Shown piece by piece: positions 10,913-19,859 of a DNA stretch of 32,000 nt. This DNA comes from Candidatus Nitrosoglobus terrae (lineage in GTDB: Bacteria; Pseudomonadota; Gammaproteobacteria; Nitrosococcales; Nitrosococcaceae), in assembly GCF_002356115.1 (NCBI RefSeq), contig NZ_AP014836.1, positions 1,643,091-1,675,090 on the forward strand, written 5' to 3'. The notes under the pieces were generated by a model. The model ran no database searches and was not told where the DNA came from. It was given only the letters and a program-made list of their open reading frames with translations. Made by a program: the position numbers and the translations under genes. Positions within the stretch are counted from its first letter, which is position 1, and every line of letters begins with the position of its first letter.

Positions 10913-11122
10913 AGGAGCTTTCCATTTCAATCTAGTACTATAATAGTCCTAATTAAACTAAAAACCAAATAATTTAGTAAAAAATATAGAGTTTTCTAAA
11001 ATCTCCTGTAAGCATTAACATAAATAGACTAAAAAAATAATAAATAAAGTATAAAATGCTCCATTTACTAAACTGAAATCCTTTAAATCCAAATAACTAA
11101 AACTCATATAGCTTAAAGAGGT

Positions 11123-11800
11123 ATGACTATGACTGATTATAAAATTGCGCCTTCTATCCTATCGGCAGATTTTGCCCGTCTTGGGGAGGAAATTACTGCG
11201 GTATTAGAAGCAGGCGCTGATATGGTGCATTTTGATGTTATGGATAACCATTATGTTCCAAATTTAACAATTGGTCCCCTTGTCTGTGAAGCGCTGCGAA
11301 AACATGGGATTACTGCCGATATTGATGTTCATCTCATGGTAAAGCCTGTTGATCGAATCATCCCTGATTTTACCAAAGCAGGGGCAAACTATATTACCTT
11401 TCACCCTGAAGCCTCTGAGCATATTGATCGGACGCTACAGCTTATTCGTGATCAAGGCTGTAAAGCTGGATTAGTATTCAATCCAGCCACCTCTCTTGAT
11501 TACCTTAAATATGTCCTAGATAAAGTAGATATGATACTCATCATGTCAGTCAACCCAGGCTTTGGGGGACAAAAATTTATTCTTTCAGCATTAGATAAAC
11601 TTCGTGAGGCACGGCAAATAATTAAGGCAAGTGGTTATCCGATTCGGCTTGAAATCGATGGGGGCGTTAAAGTAGATAATATTCGGCAAATTGCAGCGGC
11701 TGGGGCGGATACTTTTGTTGCCGGTTCGGCCATTTTCCAAAGTGAAAATTATAAAACCACGATTACTGAAATGCGTGCTGAACTTTCCAAAGCTAAATAA
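11123..11800 (+). CDS. rpe: Ribulose-phosphate 3-epimerase
   Basis: 225 aa with [30 protein letters not shown] and [12 protein letters not shown], all conserved Rpe blocks. Confidence 0.95.
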   Translation: MTMTDYKIAPSILSADFARLGEEITAVLEAGADMVHFDVMDNHYVPNLTIGPLVCEALRKHGITADIDVHLMVKPVDRIIPDFTKAGANYITFHPEASEHIDRTLQLIRDQGCKAGLVFNPATSLDYLKYVLDKVDMILIMSVNPGFGGQKFILSALDKLREARQIIKASGYPIRLEIDGGVKVDNIRQIAAAGADTFVAGSAIFQSENYKTTITEMRAELSKAK

Positions 11801-11822
11801 AAAATAGAAAGGGGATAGAAAA

Positions 11823-12500
11823 ATGCTAAAAAAGCCCAAGGCAATTGTTATGGATATAGATGGTACTTTAGTAGATAGTGTACCTGATCTTGCCTTTTGC
11901 ACAGACGCTATGATGGAGCAACTAGGCTTACCCCCTCGGGGAGAGACTAAAGTTCGGCAATGGGTAGGTAATGGGGTTGAACGACTCATTAAACGAGCTT
12001 TAGTTGACAACTTAGATGGGGAACCAGAAAAATCTTTATATCAGAAGGCTGAGCCTATTTTTCTGACCCTCTACCAAGAAAACACCAGTAAACGCAGCCA
12101 GTTATACCCCGGGGTAAAAGAAGGGTTAGCATGGTTAAAATCTCAAGAGTATCGGCTTAGCAGCGTTACCAATAAAGCGGCACAATTCACCCACCCTTTG
12201 CTTAAGGAATTAGGAATTATTGATTATTTTGAGATGATTGTCAGCGGCGATACATTACCAGAGAAAAAACCCCATCCGGCACAGCTACTTCATACTGCTA
12301 ACTTTTTTGGAATCCCTCCTGAAAAAGCGCTAATGGTTGGAGATTCGATCAGTGATGTAAAAGCTGCTAGGGCCGCAGGTTTTCAAATTATCTGCCTAAG
12401 CTACGGTTATAATCATGGTAAGGATATTCGCGATAGTCACCCAGATGCGGTTATTGATTCTTTATTTGAAATTAAAGATTTATTAAACCCAGCGGTTTAA
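11823..12500 (+). CDS. gph: Phosphoglycolate phosphatase (HAD superfamily)
   Basis: 225 aa. HAD motif I is DIDGTLVDS, motif II is VTNK and motif IV is VGDSISDV. The rpe-gph-trpE order is the conserved gammaproteobacterial arrangement. Confidence 0.88.
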   Translation: MLKKPKAIVMDIDGTLVDSVPDLAFCTDAMMEQLGLPPRGETKVRQWVGNGVERLIKRALVDNLDGEPEKSLYQKAEPIFLTLYQENTSKRSQLYPGVKEGLAWLKSQEYRLSSVTNKAAQFTHPLLKELGIIDYFEMIVSGDTLPEKKPHPAQLLHTANFFGIPPEKALMVGDSISDVKAARAAGFQIICLSYGYNHGKDIRDSHPDAVIDSLFEIKDLLNPAV

Positions 12501-12506
12501 AAATAT

Positions 12507-12520
12507 AAGATGATCATCTT
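12507..12520. repeat. 14-bp perfect palindrome AAGATGATCATCTT between gph and trpE (function unknown)
   Basis: Read directly from the sequence. It starts 7 nt after the gph stop. Confidence 0.45.
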
Positions 12521-12591
12521 CCAGATACATAAATATAGGCAACGATACCCCTAAAAATTACTCATAATCCATTAAAATTCTGGAAGTATTC

Positions 12592-14061
12592 ATGAAACTT
12601 CAATCCTTTAACCAACTTGTTGCCCAAGGCTATAACCATATTCCTCTCATGCGAGAGGTCATGGCTGATCTAGATACACCGCTTAGTACTTATCTTAAAC
12701 TAGCTAATGGTCCCTATTCCTATTTACTAGAATCCGTTCATGGAGGTGAAAAATGGGGTCGGTATTCATTTATCGGGCTGTCTTGTCGCACTATTCTTAA
12801 AGTACAAAACCATAAAATTACGATAGAAACCAATCATCATATTGAAGAGGAGCATTACGCTGATGATCCGCTAGCTTGGATTGAGGCTTTTAAGCAACGT
12901 TTCAAAGTTCCAGAAATTGATATCCCTTCTCGTTTCACCGGCGGGCTTGTCGGCTATTTTGGCTATGATACTATCCGTTATATCGAGCCTAGGCTTGCTC
13001 AAAGCAATAAACCTGATTCTCTAGAAACACCCGATATCCTCTTATTAGTTTCTGAGGAGCTAGTAATTTTTGATAATCTTAGTAGCAAGCTGTACCTTAT
13101 TGTTCATGTGAGTCCTAAAGGATATACAGAAGGAATACAACGCTTAAATACATTAGAAAATAGCCTTCGCACAGTAGTACCTGCTTATCACCGTGCTCAC
13201 TCATCCCGTAGAGTGGTGGAGAATGATTTTATTTCAGAATTTACAGAACAAGGTTTTAAGGAAGCCGTCCATAAAGCGCGCCAATATATTATTGATGGCG
13301 ATATGATGCAGGTTGTTTTATCACAACGCCTTTCGATACCCTTTACTGCCTCTCCCTTAAATTTATATCGAGCGCTACGCTGTCTTAATCCCTCTCCTTA
13401 CATGTTTTATTTGAATCTTGATAATTTTCATGTAGTCGGTTCATCTCCTGAAATTTTGGTTCGCCTAGAAGATAATGTAGTTACCGTGCGCCCCATTGCC
13501 GGTACTCGACGTCGAGGAAAAAATGAGGAAGAGGATCAAGCGCTTGAAAAAGAATTGCTTACCGATCCAAAAGAGCTTGCGGAGCACTGGATGCTCATTG
13601 ATTTAGGTCGAAATGATGTGGGTCGGATAGCTGAAATTGGCAGCGTAAAAGTCACTGAAAAAATGATTATTGAACGCTATTCTCATGTTATGCATATTGT
13701 CTCCAATGTGATTGGGAAGCTAAAACCAGGCTTTTCTATTATGGATGTTTTACGTGCTACCTTCCCAGCAGGTACAGTTTCAGGTGCTCCTAAGATTAGA
13801 GCTATGGAAATCATTAATGAGCTAGAGCCAACTAAGCGTGGTATCTATGCGGGAGCAGTAGGCTATCTTGATTGGTCAGATAATATGGATATGGCAATAG
13901 CTATCCGCACTGCCGTCATCAAGAACCAAATACTCTATATTCAAACAGGCGCTGGAGTTATTTATGACTCAATACCTCAAAATGAATGGAACGAAACTAT
14001 GAATAAAGGTCGAGCAATGTTTCAAGCAGTAGCCTTAGCCGAAGCTGGCCTAAATAATTAG
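12592..14061 (+). CDS. trpE: Anthranilate synthase component I
   Basis: 489 aa with the N-terminal Trp-feedback region LLESV, and with GTRRRG, GAVGY and IRTA chorismate-binding blocks. Confidence 0.95.
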   Translation: MKLQSFNQLVAQGYNHIPLMREVMADLDTPLSTYLKLANGPYSYLLESVHGGEKWGRYSFIGLSCRTILKVQNHKITIETNHHIEEEHYADDPLAWIEAFKQRFKVPEIDIPSRFTGGLVGYFGYDTIRYIEPRLAQSNKPDSLETPDILLLVSEELVIFDNLSSKLYLIVHVSPKGYTEGIQRLNTLENSLRTVVPAYHRAHSSRRVVENDFISEFTEQGFKEAVHKARQYIIDGDMMQVVLSQRLSIPFTASPLNLYRALRCLNPSPYMFYLNLDNFHVVGSSPEILVRLEDNVVTVRPIAGTRRRGKNEEEDQALEKELLTDPKELAEHWMLIDLGRNDVGRIAEIGSVKVTEKMIIERYSHVMHIVSNVIGKLKPGFSIMDVLRATFPAGTVSGAPKIRAMEIINELEPTKRGIYAGAVGYLDWSDNMDMAIAIRTAVIKNQILYIQTGAGVIYDSIPQNEWNETMNKGRAMFQAVALAEAGLNN

Positions 14062-15290
14062 GCTGGTGAAGGATTAGTTTTAGCTCGTAGCTCATCAGTA
14101 TTAGGCAAGAAAGCTGCCAAAAGACCAAGTGCCGGTAGATAAGAGCAAATACTAAAGACAAAATCAATTCCTTTTAAATCAGCAAGCTCACCTAGCCCCG
14201 CTGCACTAAGACCACTGATACCAAAAGCAAAACCAAAAAACATACCTGAAACCATACCGATTCGGCCTGGAATCAGCTCTTGGCCATAGACAATAATACT
14301 TGAAAATGCTGAAGCAAGAATTAACCCTATCAATATGATAAGTACGATAGTCCAATCAAGATTGGCGTAGGGTAAAGCTAACGTAAAGGGCAATACCCCT
14401 AAGATGGATACCCAAATTACCCATTTTCGACCAAATCTATCACTGATAGACCCGCCAATAAGCGTACCCGTGGCTACTGAAGCGAGAAAAATAAATAGAT
14501 GTATCTGTGCATCTTGTACCGATATATGAAATTTATGCATCACATAAAAAGTATAATAGCTACTCAAGGAAACGGTATAAACAAATTTTGAAAAAATTAA
14601 TATTCCAAGTATGCAAAGAGTGACTATTACCTGCTTTGAGGTTACAGAAAGCGCTGTAGAATTTGTTTTCGCTAATCTTGCCTTAGTTGTAACATAGTTA
14701 CACTTATACCAACCTCCCACTTGCCAAAGTATAACCATCGCAAGCAGAGCTGCAAAAGTAAACCAGCCAAGGCTTGATTGCCCACGGGGTAGAACAATGA
14801 ACGCAGCAATTAATGGACCAAACGCTGCACCAAAATTACCCCCCACTTGGAAGAGAGATTGTGCCAGCCCATGGCGGCCACCGGAGGCCATTCGGGCAAC
14901 ACGCGAAGCATCTGGATGAAATATGGCTGATCCAAAACCAATTAATGCCGCGCCGACTAAAAGTGATAGATACGCTGTTGCCACTGAGAGCAAAAGAAGA
15001 CCGAGTAATGTGGAGCTCATTCCAGCAAATAACGCATAAGGAAGGGGTCGTTTATCGGTATAAAGCCCCACAAGAGGCTGTAAAATCGAAGCAGTAAGCT
15101 GGAATGCCATAGTCAAAATACCGATTTGACCAAAACTAAGGGCATAATCTTTCTTTAACATCGGGTAGATAGCCGCTAGCAGCGACTGCATCATATCGTT
15201 AAGAAAATGGCAGAAACTCAGTGCCACTAAAATTGCAAAAACCGTCCGGTCTGCGGTAGATTCCTCTGCTATTAAAGTTCTCTGAGACAA
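14058..15290 (-). CDS. MFS transporter (Fsr/fosmidomycin-resistance-like subfamily by recollection)
   Basis: 410 aa with about 12 hydrophobic segments. The N-terminal [21 protein letters not shown]...GLYTDKRP resembles the FSR family. Its stop overlaps the trpE stop (TTAG, 14058-14061). Confidence 0.8.
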   Translation of the reverse strand: MSQRTLIAEESTADRTVFAILVALSFCHFLNDMMQSLLAAIYPMLKKDYALSFGQIGILTMAFQLTASILQPLVGLYTDKRPLPYALFAGMSSTLLGLLLLSVATAYLSLLVGAALIGFGSAIFHPDASRVARMASGGRHGLAQSLFQVGGNFGAAFGPLIAAFIVLPRGQSSLGWFTFAALLAMVILWQVGGWYKCNYVTTKARLAKTNSTALSVTSKQVIVTLCILGILIFSKFVYTVSLSSYYTFYVMHKFHISVQDAQIHLFIFLASVATGTLIGGSISDRFGRKWVIWVSILGVLPFTLALPYANLDWTIVLIILIGLILASAFSSIIVYGQELIPGRIGMVSGMFFGFAFGISGLSAAGLGELADLKGIDFVFSICSYLPALGLLAAFLPNTDELRAKTNPSPA

Positions 15291-15404
15291 TATCTATCCT
15301 CTTTGAATAATACAACTCACTTGATAAATACTTAGAGCACCATTAATAGCTATTTTTATCTATTTATCTATCAGATTCATCTAACAGCTCACTATAGAGC
15401 TTCT

Positions 15405-15424
15405 ACCCTATTAAATAATAGGGT
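15405..15424. repeat. Perfect inverted repeat ACCCTATTA-AA-TAATAGGGT upstream of trpG (possible operator; function unknown)
   Basis: Read directly from the sequence: 9-bp arms and a 2-nt centre, located 72 nt upstream of the trpG ATG in the MFS/trpG divergent region. Its existence is certain; its function is a guess. Confidence 0.5.
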
Positions 15425-15495
15425 GAAGCAGCTGATCGTGATAGAATTTAAGTATATCTATACAATTTTAGTGGATTAATAAGGTACCTTAAATA

Positions 15496-16077
15496 ATGCT
15501 GTTAATGATCGATAATTACGACTCGTTTACTTACAATCTAGTTCAATACTTAGGTGAATTAGGTGAAAAAGTCAATGTCTTTCGTAATGATCAAATTAAC
15601 ATTACAGACATAGAGCAGTTACGTCCATCGTACCTCATCATCTCTCCAGGCCCTTGTACACCTAATGAAGCGGGTATTTCTTTAGAAATTATCTATCATT
15701 TCACCGGTAAACTCCCTATATTAGGCGTATGCCTTGGGCATCAATGCATAGGCCAAGCTTTTGGGGGACAAATAGTGCACGCTAAAACTATCATGCACGG
15801 TAAAACTTCTATGGTATACCATAACAATAAAGGGGTATTTAAAGACCTTAGCAATCCTTTTGAAGCCACACGTTATCACTCTTTAGTAATTGAGCAAACA
15901 AGCTTTCCTTCATGCTTAGAGATAACCGCTTGGACTGAAACAGATAAAGGGACAGTTGATGAGATTATGGGGATTCGCCATAGGGATCTAGCTATTGAAG
16001 GCGTACAATTTCACCCTGAGTCAATTCTTACTCAACACGGCCACAATCTACTTCTTAATTTTCTTAACCGATCTTAA
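15496..16077 (+). CDS. trpG: Anthranilate synthase component II (glutamine amidotransferase)
   Basis: 193 aa, class I GATase. The catalytic Cys context is GVCLGHQ and the His/Glu context is GVQFHPES. Confidence 0.93.
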   Translation: MLLMIDNYDSFTYNLVQYLGELGEKVNVFRNDQINITDIEQLRPSYLIISPGPCTPNEAGISLEIIYHFTGKLPILGVCLGHQCIGQAFGGQIVHAKTIMHGKTSMVYHNNKGVFKDLSNPFEATRYHSLVIEQTSFPSCLEITAWTETDKGTVDEIMGIRHRDLAIEGVQFHPESILTQHGHNLLLNFLNRS

Positions 16078-16138
16078 GTCCATCAAACAGAATCAAAATA
16101 TTATTTCTAGGGCTTATCCAAAAGCTGCAAAATACCCC

Positions 16139-17164
16139 ATGGATATGCAGGCCGCTATTTTTGCTATCATTACGGGACGTAATCTTACTCATGAAGAAAT
16201 GGTTTCAGTCATGAATAAAATCATGACTGGCCAAGCTAGCCCAGCACAGATTGCTGCCCTACTTATTGGTCTTCGAATAAAGGGGGAAACAGTAGAAGAG
16301 ATCACAGCAGCTGCTAGGGTGATGCGCAAGCTGGCAGCTAAAATTAAAGTTAAAGGATCTCATACTGTTGATACCTGCGGCACTGGCGGAGATAACACTA
16401 ATACCTTTAATATTTCAACCGCTAGCGCCTTCGTAGTAGCAGCTGCTGGAGGAAAAGTAGCCAAACACGGTAATCGCTCTGTCTCTAGCCAATGTGGTAG
16501 CGCAGATGTCCTTGAAGCAGCCGGAGTTAAACTTGAGCTTACAGCAGAACAAATAACTCGCTGTATTGAAGAACTTGGAGTAGGATTTTTATTTGCGCCT
16601 CAACACCATGAAGCCATGAAATATACTATGGCCTTACGGCGGGAAATCGGGGTGCGAACTTTATTTAATCTTCTAGGCCCACTGACCAACCCAGCTAATC
16701 TACCCAATCAAGTTGTAGGAGTTTCCAGCTTAAAGTGGCTTGATCCTTTTGCTTTAGCCCTACAGCATTTAGGTAGCCAGCATGTATTAGTTGTACATGC
16801 TGAAGATGGTTTAGATGAGATCAGCATTGGGGCAGCAACACAAATTGCTGAGCTGAAGAACGGAACCGTTATTAATTACACTATTACACCCGAGCAATTT
16901 GGCTTTAAACGAACATCCATTAGTTATTTAGCAGTTAATAATATTCAAGAAAGCTTAAATACTTTACACGCTGTATTAGCTAATCAACCTGGGCCTGCTC
17001 GTGACATTGTAGCTTTAAATGCTGGGGCAGCTATTTATGCAGCCAATCTTACCTCTACCTTAGAAGCAGGGGTAGAAAAAGCGCTACAAGCGCTCTGTGA
17101 AGGCAAAGCACAAGAGAAGTTAGCAGCGCTTATCGAGTTCACCCAAGCATGTAGGGTAATATAG
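16139..17164 (+). CDS. trpD: Anthranilate phosphoribosyltransferase
   Basis: The track ORF starts at 15995 inside trpG, and that N-terminal extension looks like out-of-frame trpG sequence. Homology-like sequence begins at [13 protein letters not shown] (ATG 16139). Conserved blocks are [17 protein letters not shown] and GVGFLFAP. Confidence 0.93.
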   Translation: MDMQAAIFAIITGRNLTHEEMVSVMNKIMTGQASPAQIAALLIGLRIKGETVEEITAAARVMRKLAAKIKVKGSHTVDTCGTGGDNTNTFNISTASAFVVAAAGGKVAKHGNRSVSSQCGSADVLEAAGVKLELTAEQITRCIEELGVGFLFAPQHHEAMKYTMALRREIGVRTLFNLLGPLTNPANLPNQVVGVSSLKWLDPFALALQHLGSQHVLVVHAEDGLDEISIGAATQIAELKNGTVINYTITPEQFGFKRTSISYLAVNNIQESLNTLHAVLANQPGPARDIVALNAGAAIYAANLTSTLEAGVEKALQALCEGKAQEKLAALIEFTQACRVI

Positions 17165-17278
17165 TCTACAGGAAGCATTATCCTAAATTTTTATCTTTTA
17201 TAGATTTTAATTCAATTTTACTAGCTAAAAGAATAGTACATTTTTATTTATGTCCTCAATCTATAAATGAGGTAAGCC

Positions 17279-18097
17279 ATGAAGGATACCCCAGATATCT
17301 TAAAAAAGATCTTACAGCGTAAAGCTGAAGAGATTACTGAGCGTGCTCAGAAAATTCCAATGCGAGATCTTAGCCGGAAAATTGAAGGAGCGCCTCCAGT
17401 ACGCAATTTTATCGATGCTATTAAAGAAAAGATAACGGTAGCCAAAATCGCTATTATTGCTGAAATTAAAAAAGCCTCTCCTAGCAAAGGGTTATTACGT
17501 AAAGATTTCTATCCAGATGCAATTGCCCGTAGCTATGAGCAAGGAGGGGCGGCTTGCCTCTCAGTTCTTACTGATCATAATTTCTTTCAGGGTAGCGAAG
17601 CAGATCTCAAAATAGCTCGAAATGCCTGCATGCTACCTATTTTACGGAAAGACTTTATAATCGATCCTTATCAAGTATATGAGGCTAGGGTCATAGGTGC
17701 TGACTGCATCCTACTTATTGCTGCCGCTTTAGGCGACTCTTTAATGCTAGAGTTAACTCAATTAGCTAATCACCTAAATATGGACGTGCTATTAGAAGTA
17801 CATAATAATGAAGAATTAGAGCGAGCTTTAAATTTAAATACTTCTCTTATTGGTGTTAATAATCGGGATTTAAGAAGCTTTAAAACAGAGCTAGAAACTA
17901 CGCTAACCTTATTACCACAAATACCACCTAATCGTTTGGTGGTCACTGAAAGTGGTATTCATACTGCAGAAGATATAATAAAAATGAAAAACGCTGGAGT
18001 AAGTGCTTTCCTGATTGGTGAAACCTTTATGAAAGCAGCTTATCCCGGAGCTAATCTTAGCAAATTATTATCCGAAACTTTAGTGAAGTACCCCTGA
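17279..18097 (+). CDS. trpC: Indole-3-glycerol phosphate synthase
   Basis: 272 aa with IAEIKKASPSKG, LSVLTD, LRKDFIIDPYQ, GVNNRDL and ESGI blocks. Confidence 0.94.
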   Translation: MKDTPDILKKILQRKAEEITERAQKIPMRDLSRKIEGAPPVRNFIDAIKEKITVAKIAIIAEIKKASPSKGLLRKDFYPDAIARSYEQGGAACLSVLTDHNFFQGSEADLKIARNACMLPILRKDFIIDPYQVYEARVIGADCILLIAAALGDSLMLELTQLANHLNMDVLLEVHNNEELERALNLNTSLIGVNNRDLRSFKTELETTLTLLPQIPPNRLVVTESGIHTAEDIIKMKNAGVSAFLIGETFMKAAYPGANLSKLLSETLVKYP

Positions 18098-18505
18098 ACG
18101 CTCAAGACGCCAGACATGTACGCAAATTATAAGTAAAATACTTAAAACTACTGCTTCCCCAATAGATTCAGAGCTAAAAATTCTCTTGAAAGAACCCTCA
18201 TGAAAAGCCGCCCATCCCATTCTCATAAAACCCGCTACAAAGGAGCCCAAAAAGAAGTAAAAAGATTGCTTTCGATGTAAGTAAAGTAGTATTGCAGCAA
18301 TAAAAACAGTAATATTAACAAAGAAAGTTAGTCCAATCTCCGTCCACGGTAGGCTGTCAATTACCACTTGCTGTTCATTAGAGAAGCGACCATATCCAGC
18401 TATCGCATAAAAATAGCTTAGTAAAGATGTACCAGATATAACAGCAAGTAGTAAAGATAAAAAGATAACTCCTGGATTGAGATTCTCATTATATTTAGTG
18501 CTCAT
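18080..18505 (-). CDS. Hypothetical small integral membrane protein (about 4 TM helices)
   Basis: 141-aa ORF with four clear hydrophobic segments and positive-inside loops (HRKQ, FKR, RLER). I recognise no family. Its 3' end overlaps trpC by 18 nt on the opposite strand. Confidence 0.55.
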   Translation of the reverse strand: MSTKYNENLNPGVIFLSLLLAVISGTSLLSYFYAIAGYGRFSNEQQVVIDSLPWTEIGLTFFVNITVFIAAILLYLHRKQSFYFFLGSFVAGFMRMGWAAFHEGSFKRIFSSESIGEAVVLSILLIICVHVWRLERSGVLH

Positions 18506-18546
18506 TACGAAAGTACCCTTTTTTAGTTTAGGAGATATGAGGAGCG

Positions 18547-19080
18547 TTACTTCTTTAAATATAGGGTAATTTCAGCTTCTCCGTCAATAACATCGTCAAA
18601 ATCACCATCTAAATTCAAATCTTCTTTCAAGATTAACTTATTTCCATTAAGTGAAAAAAAGATAGAGTGATTATTAGTGCTAGGGCTCATCTTAATTGAG
18701 CTCCAACCACCTGCTTCCTTATTATATTTCGCCGCGCCATAGAGATTTGCTGTCCATTGCATATAACCTTCCGTGATTGAGTCCCACCCAGTTTCGCGGG
18801 CAACTTCAGACCAATCATAGATTATAGATCCCTCTTTCATTGCTAGTTTTTTATACCAAGAGTACTGATAAGTATTATCTGAAAATCTGATTTCTTTTTT
18901 AATACTTAAAATTTCATTACCTCGTGGTTGCTTATTGACCTCTGATTCCCAAACTCCTATTAATCCATGGTTCTTATTACTTTGGCAAGCAGATAGCGTC
19001 AAGGCTAACGTAAATACTATTATCCAATATAGATTTTCATTAGCAACAGAATTCCTCAAAATAGTATTACTAATAGGCAT
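18547..19080 (-). CDS. Hypothetical lipoprotein (possible lipocalin-like beta-barrel)
   Basis: The track start 19101 is TTG; the first ATG is at 19080. The signal peptide ends in the lipobox LTLSA|C, followed by LIGVWESE (a GxW-type start as in lipocalin-like domains). The rest is Trp/Tyr-rich and beta-strand-like. No family is recognised with confidence. Confidence 0.6.
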   Translation of the reverse strand: MPISNTILRNSVANENLYWIIVFTLALTLSACQSNKNHGLIGVWESEVNKQPRGNEILSIKKEIRFSDNTYQYSWYKKLAMKEGSIIYDWSEVARETGWDSITEGYMQWTANLYGAAKYNKEAGGWSSIKMSPSTNNHSIFFSLNGNKLILKEDLNLDGDFDDVIDGEAEITLYLKK

Positions 19081-19268
19081 GGGTGAAATATAATAATGCA
19101 AACTAGCTCAAGTATTTTTTAAAAAAATACTATATGTTAATCCTGCATCAGATATAAGTTATTTTTAATTTAACTAGCCTAACAAAAGGAGGAAGGAAGG
19201 GAAATAATCATTTATCTATTTCCAATTAAATCTCCCCATCCTCCACACCAATTATAAACTAATCAGAT

Positions 19269-19859
19269 CTAAGCGTGCGCTCCCTTCATTTTTTCTCCGC
19301 GATCTCTATGCCACATAATGAAGCCAAAGACTGCGATCGTAAAGACAACTGCTATAACCCATTGAGTCATCTCGCTATGTCCTCCTACTTGGAGCGGTAA
19401 TTCAAAAGTAAGCTCCTTATTTTCACCTGCCTTTATTATGGCGTTATATTCTCCGGGCTCATTAAAATTAGCATCAATAGTAATTGTTCCTGCTGGGTAC
19501 GCTTGGGCAGGCTTTACTAGGAGAACCTTATCATGGTCATGATTCTCTGTACCGCCATCATGGTTATGAGCATGATTCTTTTTATCCGATTCACGAAGAA
19601 TCGTAATTTCTATGGGCTGATGGCGTAATTTCTTTTCTTCTATATCAAAAACTAAGACTGTACGGCCTATCATGGGAAATTCTTGACATAACCGCTCACT
19701 ACCCGAAGTATCAGGCTGATACGCTGTAAACTGTACTCGATAGTCACCAATAGTAATCACACATTTATTCAAATCGACCGACGGGCCCCCACCATGAGCC
19801 ATAGCCGGCGTCTTCACCAGTAGCAATGCCACAAAGCAGCTAAAAAGCATTCTCTTCAT
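19269..19859 (-). CDS. AmoD-position periplasmic, C-terminally membrane-anchored protein (putative copper/metal-handling protein; divergent AmoD/PmoD-like)
   Basis: Best start is ATG 19859, with AAAGGA 8 nt upstream (the track start is 19895). The signal peptide is MKRMLFSCFVALLLVKTPAMA|HGGG. A His/Asp-rich loop NHAHNHDGGTENHDHD lies at 19530-19577. The C-terminal TM helix WVIAVVFTIAVFGFIMW is followed by a basic tail. Its position right after amoB and its architecture match amoD/orf5-type genes, but I could not find the PmoD C-x7-M-x-H motif. Confidence 0.55.
   Translation of the reverse strand: MKRMLFSCFVALLLVKTPAMAHGGGPSVDLNKCVITIGDYRVQFTAYQPDTSGSERLCQEFPMIGRTVLVFDIEEKKLRHQPIEITILRESDKKNHAHNHDGGTENHDHDKVLLVKPAQAYPAGTITIDANFNEPGEYNAIIKAGENKELTFELPLQVGGHSEMTQWVIAVVFTIAVFGFIMWHRDRGEKMKGAHA

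Noticed and set aside
12501-15495. Classical trp attenuator leader peptides upstream of trpE and trpG.
   Set aside because: Neither spacer has tandem TGG codons. The only uORF (12510, 14 codons) has no Trp, the trpG spacer contains no ATG at all, and no terminator/antiterminator pair with a U tract is visible.
15995-16138. A 48-codon N-terminal extension of trpD in the ORF track, overlapping the 3' end of trpG.
   Set aside because: The extension ([24 protein letters not shown]...) is trpG sequence read in another frame plus spacer. TrpD-like sequence starts at MDMQAAIF (ATG 16139).
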